Source of the DNA: Sphyrna mokarran
Lineage: Eukaryota
Length of the DNA: 64,000 nucleotides
Reading direction: 5' to 3'
Assembly: GCA_024679065.1 (NCBI GenBank)
Contig: JAGIQG010000004.1
Coordinates: forward strand, 99,324,001-99,388,000
Below the pieces are notes generated by a model. It was given only the letters and a program-made list of their open reading frames with translations. It ran no database searches and was not told the origin of the DNA. Positions 1 through 12,665 of the stretch are shown here, piece by piece; the stretch's first letter is position 1; every line of letters begins with the position of its first letter. The position numbers were made by a program, and so were the translations under genes.

Positions 1-239
1 AGACAATGGGGACTTGACCTTCCCAGCTATCTGCTCCCATTCCCTTCTGAGACTGGAGCTCAAAAATTTTGTAGTCCCTGCAATGGAACCATGGTAGCTC
101 TCCTTTTGCCCACCAACACCAGCATTGCCTCTGGTGTTGTATCTGTTAGTCTGTGTGCTCTGGTGCTATTTTCTTGTGGGACAGGTTTGTCTCCCACAGC
201 AGTGCAAATCTGACATACCATGTTCTCGGTCTTGATAAT

Positions 240-462
240 AGACGAGAAAGACACAGCACTGGAAATGCTCAGCGGGTCTGGCAGCATCTGGGGAGAGAGA
301 AATGGAGTCAGTGTTTCAGCTTGATGACTTTTCATTAGAAAAGTTGATTAGTCTGGAACGTCAATTCTGGTAATCTTTCCACAGATGCTGCCAGACCCAT
401 TGAGTATTTACAGCATCTTCTGTGGCCCTCTCAGATTCCCAACATCCACAGAATATTGTTTT
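240..462. mobile_element. Palindromic (inverted-arm) Penelope-like non-autonomous repeat with decayed hammerhead core
   Basis: Perfect 17-bp inverted repeat gggtctggcagcatctg (274-290) / cagatgctgccagaccc (382-398), with longer imperfect arms. The - strand of 313-338 reads ctaatga-aaagtcatcaagct-gaaac, a mutated CUGAnGA...GAAA core. The Penelope assignment is from recall. Confidence 0.6.
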
Positions 463-1254
463 TGATGATAATTGGATTTGTGAGTTAGAAGCAAGCAGAC
501 TGGGACAAAAGTGTGTCGAACTCAGTGGGCATGAAGGGAACTATGACACCACCTGTCTTATTATGTCAGATGCAGCAGCTCGATACTCATCATTATAATG
601 GAAAATCACTACTTTGTTCACACTACAATGTTGGCCAAATTGCACCCACAGATAACAATATACTTCAGAAGTCGTATCACTTTTATGTACAATATGCTTT
701 TGTAGCAGTTGTCTTTTTTTTTTGTTTTACATTGAATTATTGAATGAATGATTAAATAGACTCCAGTGGAAAGCAAATAAACTGACCTTTTGCATCAATT
801 TAATCCATGGCCAACATTTTTCTGCAAACGGTTGGGTATCAGAATTTAACAGTGCAATATTAAGTAAATGAATATAAATTTTATAAAATAATTCATGAAC
901 TTGTGTTGAGATTACATGTTGTTTTGGAAGTTGCATATAATAGACAAGCCATTGGTCGCAACTTTTGCCGTACTCGTTCAAAAAAATCAAAACCCCAAAT
1001 AAATCATGAACATAAGTTAGTGTTTAGGACTTTAAAAAAAATCACCCTTCATTGTATACCCTGCATTGTACACACCCACCCAAATACCTGCCCAAGTGGA
1101 TGATTTGTTAAATGTTGGAACAAAAGTCAAACATTTATCTTAAATTTTCAGATACTGAAAGACTGTACGAGCTAACATAATATGCTACCAATTGGTTTTC
1201 CTTTCCAAGGTGGATGAGCAGTTAGATTAGCAAATGATCATATAAAAAATTTAG

Positions 1255-1390
1255 GCCGGAATCTTACTGTCGTTCACACCGGCAGGATTTTTCCATCCCA
1301 CTGCAGTGAATGGAGACTAGACTGTCCGCCAAATTCTCCGTCTTCGTTGTAGCAGGAGTGTGGCGTGAGCAGCCGGCAAGAGCATGCTCT
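1255..1390. mobile_element. Short MITE, PIF/Harbinger-like
   Basis: Starts ggccggaatctt and shares the internal motif tcccactgcagtgaa(t/c)ggaga with copies at 26790 and 9368 and an inverted copy at about 1657. Confidence 0.55.
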
Positions 1391-1656
1391 TAATTTGGCC
1401 AATTGATAACACTGAATTCATAGTTAATATCAAATCTTTTGATAGGCTGCAAGTGCACATTGTATCAACACCCATAGAGTAAACAATGGTTAATGTTTCC
1501 ACCTCTAATGAAAAGCTTACACCAAGAATATTATTAACCTGTCCTTTCCATTTAAAATTGCTAATGGACGTATTTCCAACATTTCATATAGTTTTTGCAT
1601 TTAACCTCTGCTCATAAATAAAAAGAAACAATGCAGTGCATAATTTAAAATTACAA

Positions 1657-1775
1657 CTGGAATTCTCTGGCCATTTATGCCCCGCAGGAGAGGGGACAGT
1701 GAATTTGATGCTTAGCAAAATCTCCATTCACTGCAGCGTGATGGGCTAATCTCAATGGCGTGAAGGCCATTCCAC
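1657..1775. mobile_element. MITE, inverted copy of the 1255 family
   Basis: Contains tctccattcactgcagcg, the reverse complement of the family motif, and a ctggaattctctggcc terminus. Confidence 0.5.
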
Positions 1776-1980
1776 CCCAGAGGGTGGTAAGGATATGGAA
1801 TGCCCTGCCTGCTGCAGTTGTAGATGCGCCAAGTTTGGTGGCGTTTAAGTGGTTAGTAGATAAGTTTATGGTTGAAAAGGGAATGGTTTAGGTTAGAGGG
1901 TCATTGCTTTTTCTTAATTGGTCGGCGCAACATCAAGGGCCGAAGGGCCTGTTCTGCGCTGTAATGTTCTATGTTCTATG
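1776..1980 (+). mobile_element. CR1/HER1-type LINE 3' end
   Basis: Encodes QRVVRIWNALPAAVV, typical of the CR1 ORF2 C-terminus. Ends in gggccgaagggcctgttctgcgctgtaatgttctatgttctatg, a (TTCTATG)n tail. Confidence 0.85.
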
Positions 1981-2036
1981 AATTTCGGTCTATATTTTTG
2001 GAGCAACTTAATTTTTGCTTCCAAGTGTAATGAGCA

Positions 2037-2150
2037 CAAAGAAAGACTTGCATTTATATAGCTTTTCACCAGACATCTCAAAGAGCTTTGCAGCCAATGG
2101 AGTGTTTTTTGAAATGTAGTAACTGCTGTAATGTAAGAAACAACAAAACC
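2037..2150 (-). mobile_element. DeuSINE (SacSINE1-like) 3' tail fragment
   Basis: acttgcatttatatagc...aaagagctttgcagccaatg...gaaatgtagtaactgctgtaatgta resembles the reverse complement of the recalled tail. A related + copy lies at 12558-12665. Confidence 0.6.
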
Positions 2151-2152
2151 TT

Positions 2153-2581
2153 GGGCAGAGTTTAACACCCCTCGCATGGGTGATTTGGAGGCAGGAGGGC
2201 CATGTGATTGGTGGGGGGATGGGGAGTTGCAGAGTTGAGATTCCGTTTCCTTTCTATGGCTGCCCTATTAAGCCTGGGGTGGGAAAAAAGCCGGCGAGCA
2301 GTTTTCTGCCCAGACACCAATTGAGGTCCTTAATTGGGCAATTAATAACAATTAGAGACGTAATTTTCTTGGGGCTCCAAAAGATCAGGTTGGCAACAGC
2401 GCTGCCAATATTGGTGGCAGATGTGGCGTCACTGCCGCCCTCAATTCCACTCATGGGGTGGGATTCTCCGACTGTACTCACCCCAAAACTGGAGAATCCT
2501 GCTTGAGTTCAATGAACTTTGCATGGTTTGCCTTCCACCTAGTACAATTCCAGTGGCAGGCAGGACTGGAGAATTCCACCC
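2153..2581. mobile_element. Nested or degenerate Harbinger-like non-autonomous elements
   Basis: GC-rich block with TIR-like ends, ggggtgggattctcc (2455) and ggagaattccaccc (about 2580). Confidence 0.45.
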
Positions 2582-3529
2582 ATGGTGTGTACTATTCTTC
2601 AAAGCTGTTCACAATTATTTTGTTGTGAATATTGGACTTCGAAGGCTATTTGTAAGCAAAGATTGCCAGTAATTATTAGTCACACACTGCAGTCATTCTT
2701 GTTAATCTTTCCAAGTACATCCTGATGATTATTAAAATTATATTATGAAACAGATGAACTGTTACTCTATTCAAATATTTCCCCATGTATTTGTATACAG
2801 TCTTTACAGGTTTATCTTCAATAGACACGTTGGAGGAAAAGAGGATGGTGAATCTATTCTACTTACTTTATGTCCAAAGTAGAATTTATGCCCTAGAAGT
2901 CACATCTTCAATTTTGTGACTTCAACAGAAACTTTTCATCTCATTAATTTTATTTTGTAAAATCTCATAAATTATTCCCTCCCCACACAGCTCTGGGATG
3001 ATTGAGTAAATGGTTGTGGGCACCATCAGTGCGAGTCTTTACTTAACGTAGCAGCGTGGAATGATCCTCCTTTTCTAGTGAAATAATTTTACTCAACCCT
3101 CAAAAATCAGATAAAAACACTGGAATTATCTTTTGAGACAGATGGATATAAATGTCCACGAAAACATGCATTTTGACTTGTATTTTTCTAATTGGAAATA
3201 GAATACTTTAGGCTGAACCTATATTATACATCATCCAAGCATTTAGAGTGTTGAAACACTCCATTTCAAGAGTGTTGGTCTGGTTCAATGAATTATACCA
3301 TGGTTTTTTTGCATTGATGTGCACATAAACTGCAACACACCCAACTTAAAACTATTACAATATAGTGTTTTAGCTTTACTGCTTTCTGATAGCATTTTAT
3401 CATTAACTCTTGAGTAGATGACACTTATCAAATACAGGTGTAATATATTTTAACAATCTTCCACACTATAATAGACAACATCACTGTCTTTCAAATAGTG
3501 ACATGTTATTTTCATCATTTGTTTGTTAG

Positions 3530-3661
3530 GTTTAACTGCTGCAGCAATGGCTGAAGCGATGAAGTTACAAAAACTGAAACTTGCGACGATGAATAATCTC
3601 CATGGTAATGGTAGTCAAAATGGCACTGAGTCTGAGAATGAAGAACTGAATTCTAGCACAG
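3530..3661 (+). CDS. DACH2: Dachshund homolog 2, internal coding exon (132 nt, phase 1-1)
   Basis: Acceptor ttttcatcatttgtttgttag|GT and donor ACAG|gtgagt. Encodes GLTAAAMAEAMKLQKLKLATMNNLHGNGSQNGTESENEELNSST, matching recalled human DACH2 GITAAAMAEAMKLQKMKLMAMNTLQGNGSQNGTESEPDDLNSNT. It lacks the DACH1 poly-Ala run. Confidence 0.95.
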
Positions 3662-4520
3662 GTGAGTTCCCCGTCTGTAAGTATAAGCTACTCAAAGACA
3701 AAAGTTATTTGGAGTTAGTTTGCCATGAATAGTTATCATTGTATCTTTAACAGAATGTGCCTCCACTACCTTCATATCACAGTGCCATCATGGCAGCTGT
3801 ATCCCGTCAAAAATCTACTACTTTGCAAAATCTCCCTCTCAAAGTCAGCCCTAAATCTGCTGCAAAAGCAAACATAAGTTTGTGGCACTTGATGTTGTGA
3901 GTGTATTAAAAAGCAACACAGAAATTTGCAACAAGGCAAAGGTACAAGATGAATTGCCAGAACGCAGTTCCATCCTTGATCTCACAAAAACTTGGACCCT
4001 GCAGTCAACTTCCCTATGAATCTTATGAAATTGTTGGACTTACAAAAGTATGAATCAAAGTCAGTAGTTAGAGCTGCTATATCATCATACAAGACAAAGG
4101 TTAAGAGCATACCTTATGATCAGCCCAGAAAAAGAGCAGTCAAAACTGTGGAGTGTCACTCTTGCAGATAATAAACTGTTCATAGAGATTTCTTTAAATG
4201 TTAGCTTTTAGAGATGTATTTCTTCATTTTGACCTCTCTTTCTATCTCTTAACCAAACTTTGTTTCTCCTTTTATTTCTTTTGCTGTCTTGTAGGATTCT
4301 ATTTCTTCCTCTATCATTTCTTCTTTTTTTTCTCTTCGTGCTTAAAATCATTGGTTAAGGAGATAGACTTTTGGTTACGTCATTCATCAAGATTCTAGAC
4401 GTTCTGCTTTCTCGACTTTACTATTACTATTCGCAATTTGCAGAACAAAAATTATTGAGGAAAAAGTTCCAACTCATTCTCACAGACAAATTTTGGGTCT
4501 AAAGCTTTTCAATGTCTATA

Positions 4521-4646
4521 GCTGGGATTTTCCGGCCATGCTGGACCCGAAAGCAGAAAATCCCGCATGAAGTCAACAGATCTTTCTCTGGTTCGCCCCT
4601 CGCATGCGATGATTCCTGTCGCGGGTGGAACAGAAAATTTCACCCT
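4521..4646. mobile_element. Short MITE, PIF/Harbinger-like
   Basis: TIR-like ends gctgggattttcc and gaaaatttcaccc. An inverted relative lies at 38419-38522. Confidence 0.55.
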
Positions 4647-5079
4647 CGTGTGCTGTAATGCTTCCAAACATTTAAAAAAATTAGGGCAGGCGGTCTGATT
4701 ACAGAATACTGATTGCACCTCATTATGTGATAAAGCAGGTTGTTCTTGAGAATCTTCCAACAGTCGTGTCTCCATCAGGAAATATTGAGTAACAAAGTCA
4801 ATCTATTGGATTGATCACAAACTATTGGATTAACTGAACTGATGAACTGCCAACTTTCTAAAAGGTCCACAGTTTTCCATGGTGTGCATAAATCTTTAGG
4901 TACAATAGGATATGTAAGAGATGCAGGTCAAAATGAATATATAAAAATACTAATCAATAGTTCAAAATCCTTTTCACCAAATTCACGTTTTTTTGGCATT
5001 TTCACTAATCAGACTTAACTGCCAGAGCATAAAAAGTCAAATGAACAGTTAACATTGATAAATTAGTAAATTTTACACT

Positions 5080-5376
5080 GGGTGGCATAGGCGCCACAGT
5101 GGATAGCACTGATGTTTCACAGTGCCAGCGACTTAGGTTTGATTCCAGCCTTGCGTGAATGTGTGGAGTTTGCACATTTTCCCCATGTTACGTGAGTTTC
5201 CTCCCACAGTCCAAAAATGTGCAGATTAGGTTGATTGGCTAAGCTAAATTGCTCCTTATTAGCCAGGAGAATTAGCAGGCGAAATGCATGGGGTTACGCA
5301 TTTGGGTGGGATTGTGATTGGTGCACACTTGATTGGCCGAATGGCCTCCTTCTGCATTGTTGGGATTCTAGGATTT
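5080..5376 (+). mobile_element. HE1-type V-SINE with CR1/HER1 tail
   Basis: tRNA-like head (cacagtggatagcactg...ggtttgattcc), V-domain gtgtggagtttgcacattttcccc...tttcctcccacagtccaaa, and tail atggcctccttctgcattgttgggattct. Confidence 0.9.
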
Positions 5377-5689
5377 TGAATGCAATATATGCTTAAAGAA
5401 TAGTGTTCTAAGAGATAAAATGGCATGATATTTAAATGTTTTGGGATTCAAGAAGGTTGGTTGAAAAACAAATCGCCAAATGAAATCATTGCAATAAAAC
5501 TCAGGACCCAGCTGTACAGAACACTGGGAACTGGGAGTTGAACCTTTATACTGGACAGACACCAGAAATTCTCACCCAACTTCAGTAGACTATTTGCTGG
5601 TTCATCAAATTTTCCATCCCATCCACAACAATTACTGCAGTGAATGCGACTGAAAACTCCACCCTAGATTCCTGAGAAAATCAGGGGAT

Positions 5690-6040
5690 AAAAAGTTTTA
5701 AAAGAAGACAGGAAAGCAAAAAGCAAAGGACATGGAGATAGTTGAGAAAATGAAGTGAAGATAATAGAAATTGAAGAAGTAGGTGAGAGACTGTGCAGTC
5801 TCAGAGAGTGGATTGAGGAACAAACTAAAGACAGCATAGATTGTAAAGGGAATAAAACAAGTGAAAAATGGAGACTGTGGATAGACAGAAATAGGTACCG
5901 GAGACAGATACTGGAGAGTCAGGGGAAAATAGTATGCACTGAAATGAGAACCAAGTTGAGAGAGCAGAATAGATATTGGAATAAACTGCAAAGGGAAGAG
6001 ATGTGGATATTGAGGAGATTTGGAATGAATGAAAGTGAGA
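5690..6040 (+). repeat. Purine-rich (GA) low-complexity tract
   Basis: Strong A/G strand bias with no clean period. This explains spurious ORFs 5698-5991 and 5755-6201. Confidence 0.6.
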
Positions 6041-6455
6041 TGTTATTGCATATTTTAATTGTGAAGATCAGATTAAATTTAAAAACAAATGATAACATCT
6101 CAATGACAGTACAAATATTGATGCATCATTTGTGTCATTTCATCATTGACTTGAATAAAGTACAGTACTGCTGCATTTGGGAATTAGTAAGTAGTTTATA
6201 ACAAGGGTTTCTCATGGAATAAACCAAGTAGAACACAAACTACTGCTTCTGGTTTCACTCACATCTCATTAAAATTATCTATTTAAGTAAACTATTGTAC
6301 AGTTATGTGCAAGGCACATTCTCATTAGCTGCTACTGATTTTAGAGCTTAATTATTCCAGGTTAACGGACAGAGAAAAATGTCTACCACTGCATCAGCCA
6401 GCTACATCCCCTTGCTGCCTTGTAGTTTTCTATTGACTATCTTTGCTACTACTGA

Positions 6456-6665
6456 GGGTCAGTTAGCTGAATTGGCTGGACGGCAGGTTCTTGGCAAAGC
6501 AACAGCAGGGTTTCAATTCCCCTACTGGCTAAGATTTTCCAAGAATGCCACCTTCACAACCTTGCCCTTCATCTAAGATTTGGCGATCCTCAGATTAAAT
6601 TACCAACAGTCACCTCTTTCAAGGGGAGAGCAATCTATGGTCCTCTGGGACTGTAGCATCTTTTT
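6456..6665 (+). mobile_element. tRNA-derived SINE (non-HE1)
   Basis: A-box-like agttagctgaattggct and B-box-like gggtttcaattccc. The body aaccttgcccttc...cctcagattaaattaccaacagtca...aaggggagagc...tatggtcctctgggact is recalled from shark SINEs. Confidence 0.65.
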
Positions 6666-6989
6666 GTTTTGCTCTGTTACTGCATAGAAACTGGCTGAAG
6701 AAAGCAATTGTCATCAAAAGTATCTTTACCTGAAAACTGTTACACTACTACTCCACTGATAAAATAATGCAAATGGAATTGCAGTAAGAAATAGTTCTGT
6801 AAAAGATGTAAAGTGTGCAATAATATTGATAAAAAATTTAAACTCTGGGGAGAAAAAAATTGAACAAAGAAGAAAAAATGTTCACAAGTACACCTTAAAT
6901 ACTTGTGTGCGCACACTGGTTTTATTTGGCTTAATTTCTTAATTATATCCCTTTGCATCAAAGTGTGTAACAGAACAAAGTGCTGTGCT

Positions 6990-7550
6990 TTGATTTGATT
7001 TGATTTATTATTGCCATTTGTATTTGCATATCGTGAAAAGTATAGTTTCTTGTGTGCTACACAGACAAAACATACTATTCATAAAGAAGGAAACGAGACA
7101 GTGCAGAATGTAGTGTTACAGCCATAGCTAGGGTGTAGAGAAAGGTCAACTTAATGCAAGGTAGGTCCATTCAAACGCTTGACAGCAGTAGGGAAGAAAC
7201 TGGTCTTGAGTAGGTTGGTATGTGACCCTAGACTGTTGTATCTTTTTCCCAATGGAAAAAGGTGGTAGAAAGAATGTCCGGGGTGTGTGGGGCCCTTAAT
7301 TATGCTAGCTGCTTTGCCAAGGTAGCAGAAAGTGTAGACAGAGTCAATGGATGGAGGCTGGTTTGCATGATGGATTGGGCTACATTCACGATCTTTTGTC
7401 ATTTCTTGTGGTCTTGGGCAGAACAGGAGCCATACCAAACTGTGACACAAACAGAATGAATGCTTTCTATGATATGTCTGTAAAGGTTGGTGAGAGTCAT
7501 AGCTGAGATGCCAAATTTCCTTAAACTTTTTAGAAAATAGAGGGTTTGCT
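6990..7550 (-). mobile_element. Rex1/Babar-type LINE 3' fragment, degenerate
   Basis: Frameshifted - strand ORFs LYFLKSLRKFG..TLTNLYRHIIESI..CVTVWYGSCSAQDHKK and AASIIKGPTHPGHSFYHLFPLGKRY..TNLLKTSFFPTAVKRLN match the Rex-Babar RT C-terminus. It has an (AAATC)n tail at 6991-7006. Confidence 0.85.
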
Positions 7551-9367
7551 GGAATGTAAGCCAGCCATAGGGGAGGTTTAAGCGATGAATGGCAATAACA
7601 GTTGATTTTCCAGACCCATCCTCTCCAAGAACAGTATATTTTAGAATTATTACAAGTGGAATTCGCTCCCTGATTGCTGAATGTAACTGCGTCAGAGTCA
7701 GGTGGTAGAATGCGAGTGATTCCAATGTATCGTGGTCAAGCAAATGATAGATTTGGTAAGGTTAGAATTAATTCTCAGTTGCCACATTAAACAAGGGCAA
7801 GTTTATTTTGAACTGGCTTTTGCATTGAGTAACACCGAATTAAGGTTGAATTTAATGTAAGTTAACAATACACTAGCATAATGCAAATGGTTTTGATTAT
7901 TGGAAACTTGCATTAAAATTATCTTCCCATGCACAAGATGTACAAAATCTCCCAATTCTTATTTGCACTGAATGGAAATCTTCCTGGTTTCAGCTTTTGA
8001 CTTCACGGAACAGCCAGATTAATGATTTATAGCATCAGTAAAATTGTCAGTAATTTATATGAACTTTAAACTCTGAGCCCCAAGTATTGAAATATTCCAA
8101 AAGTTCTCAAACTTACTATTTTGATTAATTGCGCTTTCAGTTACAGATCATCTTCCTTTGTGTTAGACAGAGGAACAGTATTCATTGAACAGTATCTGTT
8201 TGAGTGTTCACTGGAGTGGCTAGGAAGCTCAGCCTTGAATAGTTTTTACTTCAACTATAGTAGTCTTGGTCTTTATTTAATAGTTTCTGCATGATTCTGC
8301 ATTGCCATTCCCCGATGACTAACAACCTGTTACAATTCTACGATACTCCAAATTCAAAATACCATGCTTTATTGTTTTAGTAAATTGCTTTCAATTTATT
8401 GCTGCCTGTGCTTTGTAATCCATAAAACATTAAGACTGGTGTGCACGGTTACATAAAAACATTTCATTGATTGGTCCTGCTACCTGCCATAGGAACAGAG
8501 TTAGGTATAAGTTTCGATACTTTATTGTTACCCTAACAGTGTTCCTATCGGAGTTTAGTTGGAAACAAATTGCATAAGCAATCCCAACCTATTTTCATAA
8601 GCACACAATGGGGGATTTGTTTTTCTGTTTGCAAGAAGAGCAAAGCACCTCCAGTGATATAATGTTATTACATCTTATTTGCCTTTATTGCAATAAAACA
8701 AAAGCCTCCAGTTAGGCGCAGTGGTTATCATAGGGACTGTCAAGTATGGCTTTAGACAATCTTACCCTTTGATAATAAGTTTACTTAAAGTAAAAAATGA
8801 AGCTGAATGAACAGGTAAATAGTGGGAGCACATTTTGTCATCTGTAATGAGTTAACCCGGTTGCAAGTCTATGATTGTTTTATTTTATGCTTACTGGTTA
8901 GCATCAAACAATGAAGAGCATTTTGGAGGCGCCAGATCAATATAAATTCACTGATTGCCACAGGGCACCAGCCGAGCCCAAGAATGAGCAGCGAATGTGG
9001 GTCAGGTGGTAAATCTGCAGCCAGATTAACCTATTAGGATCACAATTGCATTGCTCCCTGGAGGAGAAAGATTTTTGTTATTCGACTTCTGATCATAACG
9101 AACATATAAAAATGAATGCACATCATATCAATTACAGTTAGTAATACCAAGGAATTGTTCACACTTTAATGACCATGTCGACAGGAAGTTCTCGTAAGAT
9201 ATTTTTAAAGTAATTTTGGCATTTTTCTCCTAACTGGTTTTCTTCCAGCTGACTGGGGTCTTCTGAACTTTCCAGAAGGAATGAGAGGGTCTTAATAAAG
9301 ACCGTTTGGATTGGTTAATGTCCAGCGACTCCACTAGAAATAAACATTGCTGTTCCTCCATCCAACT

Positions 9368-9462
9368 GGGCCGGATTCTCCAATCCCGCTGTAGTGAATG
9401 GAGATTGGAGCGGGCACCAATTTCTTTGACTTTGCTGCAGAGGGAGCATGGTGTGACATCTT
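9368..9462. mobile_element. MITE fragment of the 1255 family
   Basis: ggccggattctccaatcccgctgtagtgaatggaga. Confidence 0.45.
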
Positions 9463-9779
9463 GCCCATTGTTTTTTTCACAACATTATCATTTCTGAACT
9501 GTCACCCATATTTTGCCTCAGTGTCAATGAAGGAAATGGATATTGGGATTCATTGATAACCGAATATGGGTGTAGATTTGTTATTAGGGATCATTAGTCC
9601 AAAAAGAGAAAAAAAGAGATTAAAAGAATATTCAGATTTAAGGTGGACATGCCATAGGGACCTGGCTGACCTGAGGATGCTGAAAAAGTTAGTGCAGAAG
9701 TGACAGAGACTCTGATTGTGGAATCATTGCCCAGCTAGTCTCCCAAGAGAGACTATAATACAGGGTGACAGTCAACCAT

Positions 9780-10070
9780 AAGGCAGTCAAGGGATGGAGA
9801 AAAGTACTTCAAAGGATGAACTGAGTATCAAATGCTTATATAGAAGCTGATCTCAAGGATGCTGATACTAAGGAATGGCATATCAATGAGAGAAAAGTCG
9901 GGACCAAGGATCGATCCTTGTGGGGGCTCAAGATATTAAGAAAGTAGGTGAGCCATTGCTAGAGATGCACTGGCACATACAGAAGACGTATTGGATGAGG
10001 ATTACAGATTACTATACTGAACTTTTCAGAGTAGGGAGGAGGATGAGGAGGGACAGGCATCACCATCATA
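9780..10070 (-). mobile_element. Old L2/CR1-group LINE RT fragment
   Basis: The - strand of about 9885-9925 encodes PQGSILGP (RT motif). A decayed YADDTQ-like segment (gatactcagttc) lies about 60 nt downstream on the same strand. Confidence 0.55.
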
Positions 10071-10086
10071 ATAATCAAACACGTCA

Positions 10087-10745
10087 GGTGTGATTTTCCC
10101 GGCCTGCTGTTCTGGTTTAGTAGTGTGCAATTTCAGCGGGACCCAAAAAAAAAATGGGATTTGTGGCCAGCAGGTCTTGATCTTCCCAGGCCGTTTTTTT
10201 GTGACATGATCAGCCTCACACCCGACAAAGATGTGAAGCTAATTTAAATATTTTTAATGTAATTTACATCTGTTTAGCAAGCCCCGGATGCTATTGCCTG
10301 GGTTCACTTAGGTTTCTAACCTCACCAGTGAAAGTTCCCACCAGTGAGGATCACAGCTAGTCCCCAGAAACTGGGATCAGACATGATAGCCCCATCAGTG
10401 AAAGTGGAGACCCCTGAGACCCCTCTGGGTGGTCAGTAGCAGGGGAAGCAGTGCCAGACTGGCACTGGCAGCCTGGCACCAGGCACCAAGCAGCACCAAG
10501 GGGGCCAGGGCTCAAGGGTGGGAAGTCAGAAAGAGGGGAACTCTGCACCCGGGGGAGGGGGTAGGGGGAGAGGGGGCTAGTGGTGGAAGGAGCGGTGACT
10601 GATCTCCCATATAATGTGCAGACTTGCACACAGTGGGCGGAATTTTCCCAGAAACCTTCTAAGGCGGTGATCTTACCCTGCTGAGTGGGATGAGCTGGTA
10701 AGATCGTGAGAGAGCAGAGAGATCAGGTTCGTGCCCACCATTTGT
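10087..10745. mobile_element. Degenerate Harbinger-like non-autonomous DNA element(s)
   Basis: Ends ggtgtgattttccc and gggcggaattttccc flank a GC-rich interior with ggcactggca repeats. Confidence 0.45.
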
Positions 10746-12557
10746 GTCTTCAGTTAGGAACATTTTGGAGCTTCAATAGAGATGTGATGAAGTAGGGATA
10801 AACTTGGAATTAAATATTTTCTTAAAGGTCAAAGAGTTAAACCTCAAGCCTGAAGAATGACATTTTGAGACACGGTAACAGTCATTCTGAATACCAAAGT
10901 AACAAGGGTCTAGCCACTCTAATTCAATGTGTAACCTAAACTTGCCTCCTATGTATTCATAAAGCCAATAATGAAGTGTAGAGACAGGCAATGACGGGAA
11001 GGCCAAGAATGGGTTTTATTTTTGTGGACAGAGGGTATCTCACAATGATTCCTAATGTTCTTGACAAATAAAGCAAAAGAACAGCTCTAACAAAATGTCC
11101 AATATGCAGCACGTCTTGTCTGTCAGTGAGTGACTCTGCATCATGCATGTGGGCTGGTTTGCAATAATTGGAGTGCGCAGACACGTTTCAAAATGTGTCC
11201 GTGGCAAGACTGTCAATATAAGTTGTTTCTTGACTGTGTAATATGTTGGAACATGAATATGCATGAGAGACAATGAAAGAAAATTTCACGATTATGTGAG
11301 ACTGTGGCATGAGCCAGCAGAAAAGTTGCAACAATGTTTGTAACAGGTTGATGGTAATATTTTGGAATGCTTGAGCATTGGTCTAATGAACAATATAATT
11401 GGGCAGAGTTATCTTGGCATCTTCCTCTGCATCCTTGCCCAGATTATATGAACAACGTAAACAGAAGTTTGTACCGGTGGCATCTCCCAGTAGGTATGCT
11501 GCATCGCTGCCTTCTGGGAACTGTGTCCTGGATGGCCAATTGGAACAACCTTTCTCACCCTATGTCTATTCTGCAGAATCTTCAGCTTGTCAATCATTGG
11601 AACAGGTGATTTGAATCTGTGCCACTCTGTCCCTTGCCCATCAGCTTGGTTTGCTGTTTCTATATCTGTTGGATCATTCTTTAATTTTTGGCCAGTTGCT
11701 ATTTTTGCTTGAAGCCTTTGGGGAAGCTTCATTGCCTTTTTGAGTTTGCTTACCTTAGCAATGACTACATTGCTTTCAGTGTTGGCTGCAGCTTTGGAAC
11801 GGCTGATGGCAGATGCAATTATAATATCTCACGCCAAGGAACCTGGACTCGGGGCTCATTGGAAGTACTTAAGAGGTGCTAACCTCAGGAGACAGCTGTC
11901 TAATACAGTAATCTCAGCATTCCATTCCCAGCACCTTCACACCAGGATGGAAAAATCTACACTGATATTCTTCTTTACAAAACAGTGCAAGGCAAGCCCA
12001 GTTCCTGGAATATTAAGTTCAATTCCTGTCCTCCCATTAATTTGAAACGCAAAATGGTTAAAACAATTTCCACTTCTATCATAACTGTTAATCTCCACAG
12101 AATCTGAAAATATCCCCTTAGTTTCAAGGAGAAAAATACTCATTTACTCTTGGTGTAAAAATTTGCATTGCATTCACTCAATTTAAAGTTACTTTTAAAA
12201 GATCTCATGCTAACAATTACAAAGGGGAGTTGCAGTGACTGTTGATAACTTGCATGCTGCCAATTAGATCCTGATTACAATGTAAAAATACTGTACAGGA
12301 TTAATTGAAAAACAGGGAGTTCAGATAAAGTTTGAAAATAGGGAGTTCCTACGGAAGTCACTGCATTAAGCTGTTTTTTTTTACATCACAGGCTGTTGGC
12401 TTTTTCTCCCACAGTATAATCATCCTTGATCATGTGATAATTTTAACCTCTTGCCCTCTACAATCCAACCACAGACACAAAGTACAATAATCTATGAATA
12501 TTTATGTGCCTCTGTCAAAACATACAATCTTTTTTTGATTTAAAAAAGTAGCACAGA

Positions 12558-12665
12558 CTTCCCAAATTACAGAAGTGATGACCTTTCCAAAGTACTTCAT
12601 TGACTGTAAAATGCCCTAGGAGGTATTGAGATGGTGAAAGGTGATTATATAAATGGAAGTTTTCT
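12558..12665 (+). mobile_element. DeuSINE (SacSINE1-like) 3' tail fragment
   Basis: aaagtacttcattgactgtaaaatgccct...gtgaaaggtgattatataaatggaagt is the reverse-complement relative of 2037-2150. Confidence 0.6.

Noticed and set aside
1504-1600. ctaatgaaaagc... as another decayed Penelope/hammerhead arm
   Set aside because: Too diverged; no GAAA box or pairing stems could be established.
5080-5150. tRNA gene at SINE heads (also 6456, 18368, 28344)
   Set aside because: A/B-box-like motifs continue into SINE bodies and no complete cloverleaf is present.
5755-6201. 148-aa charged ORF
   Set aside because: Artefact of purine-rich low-complexity sequence.
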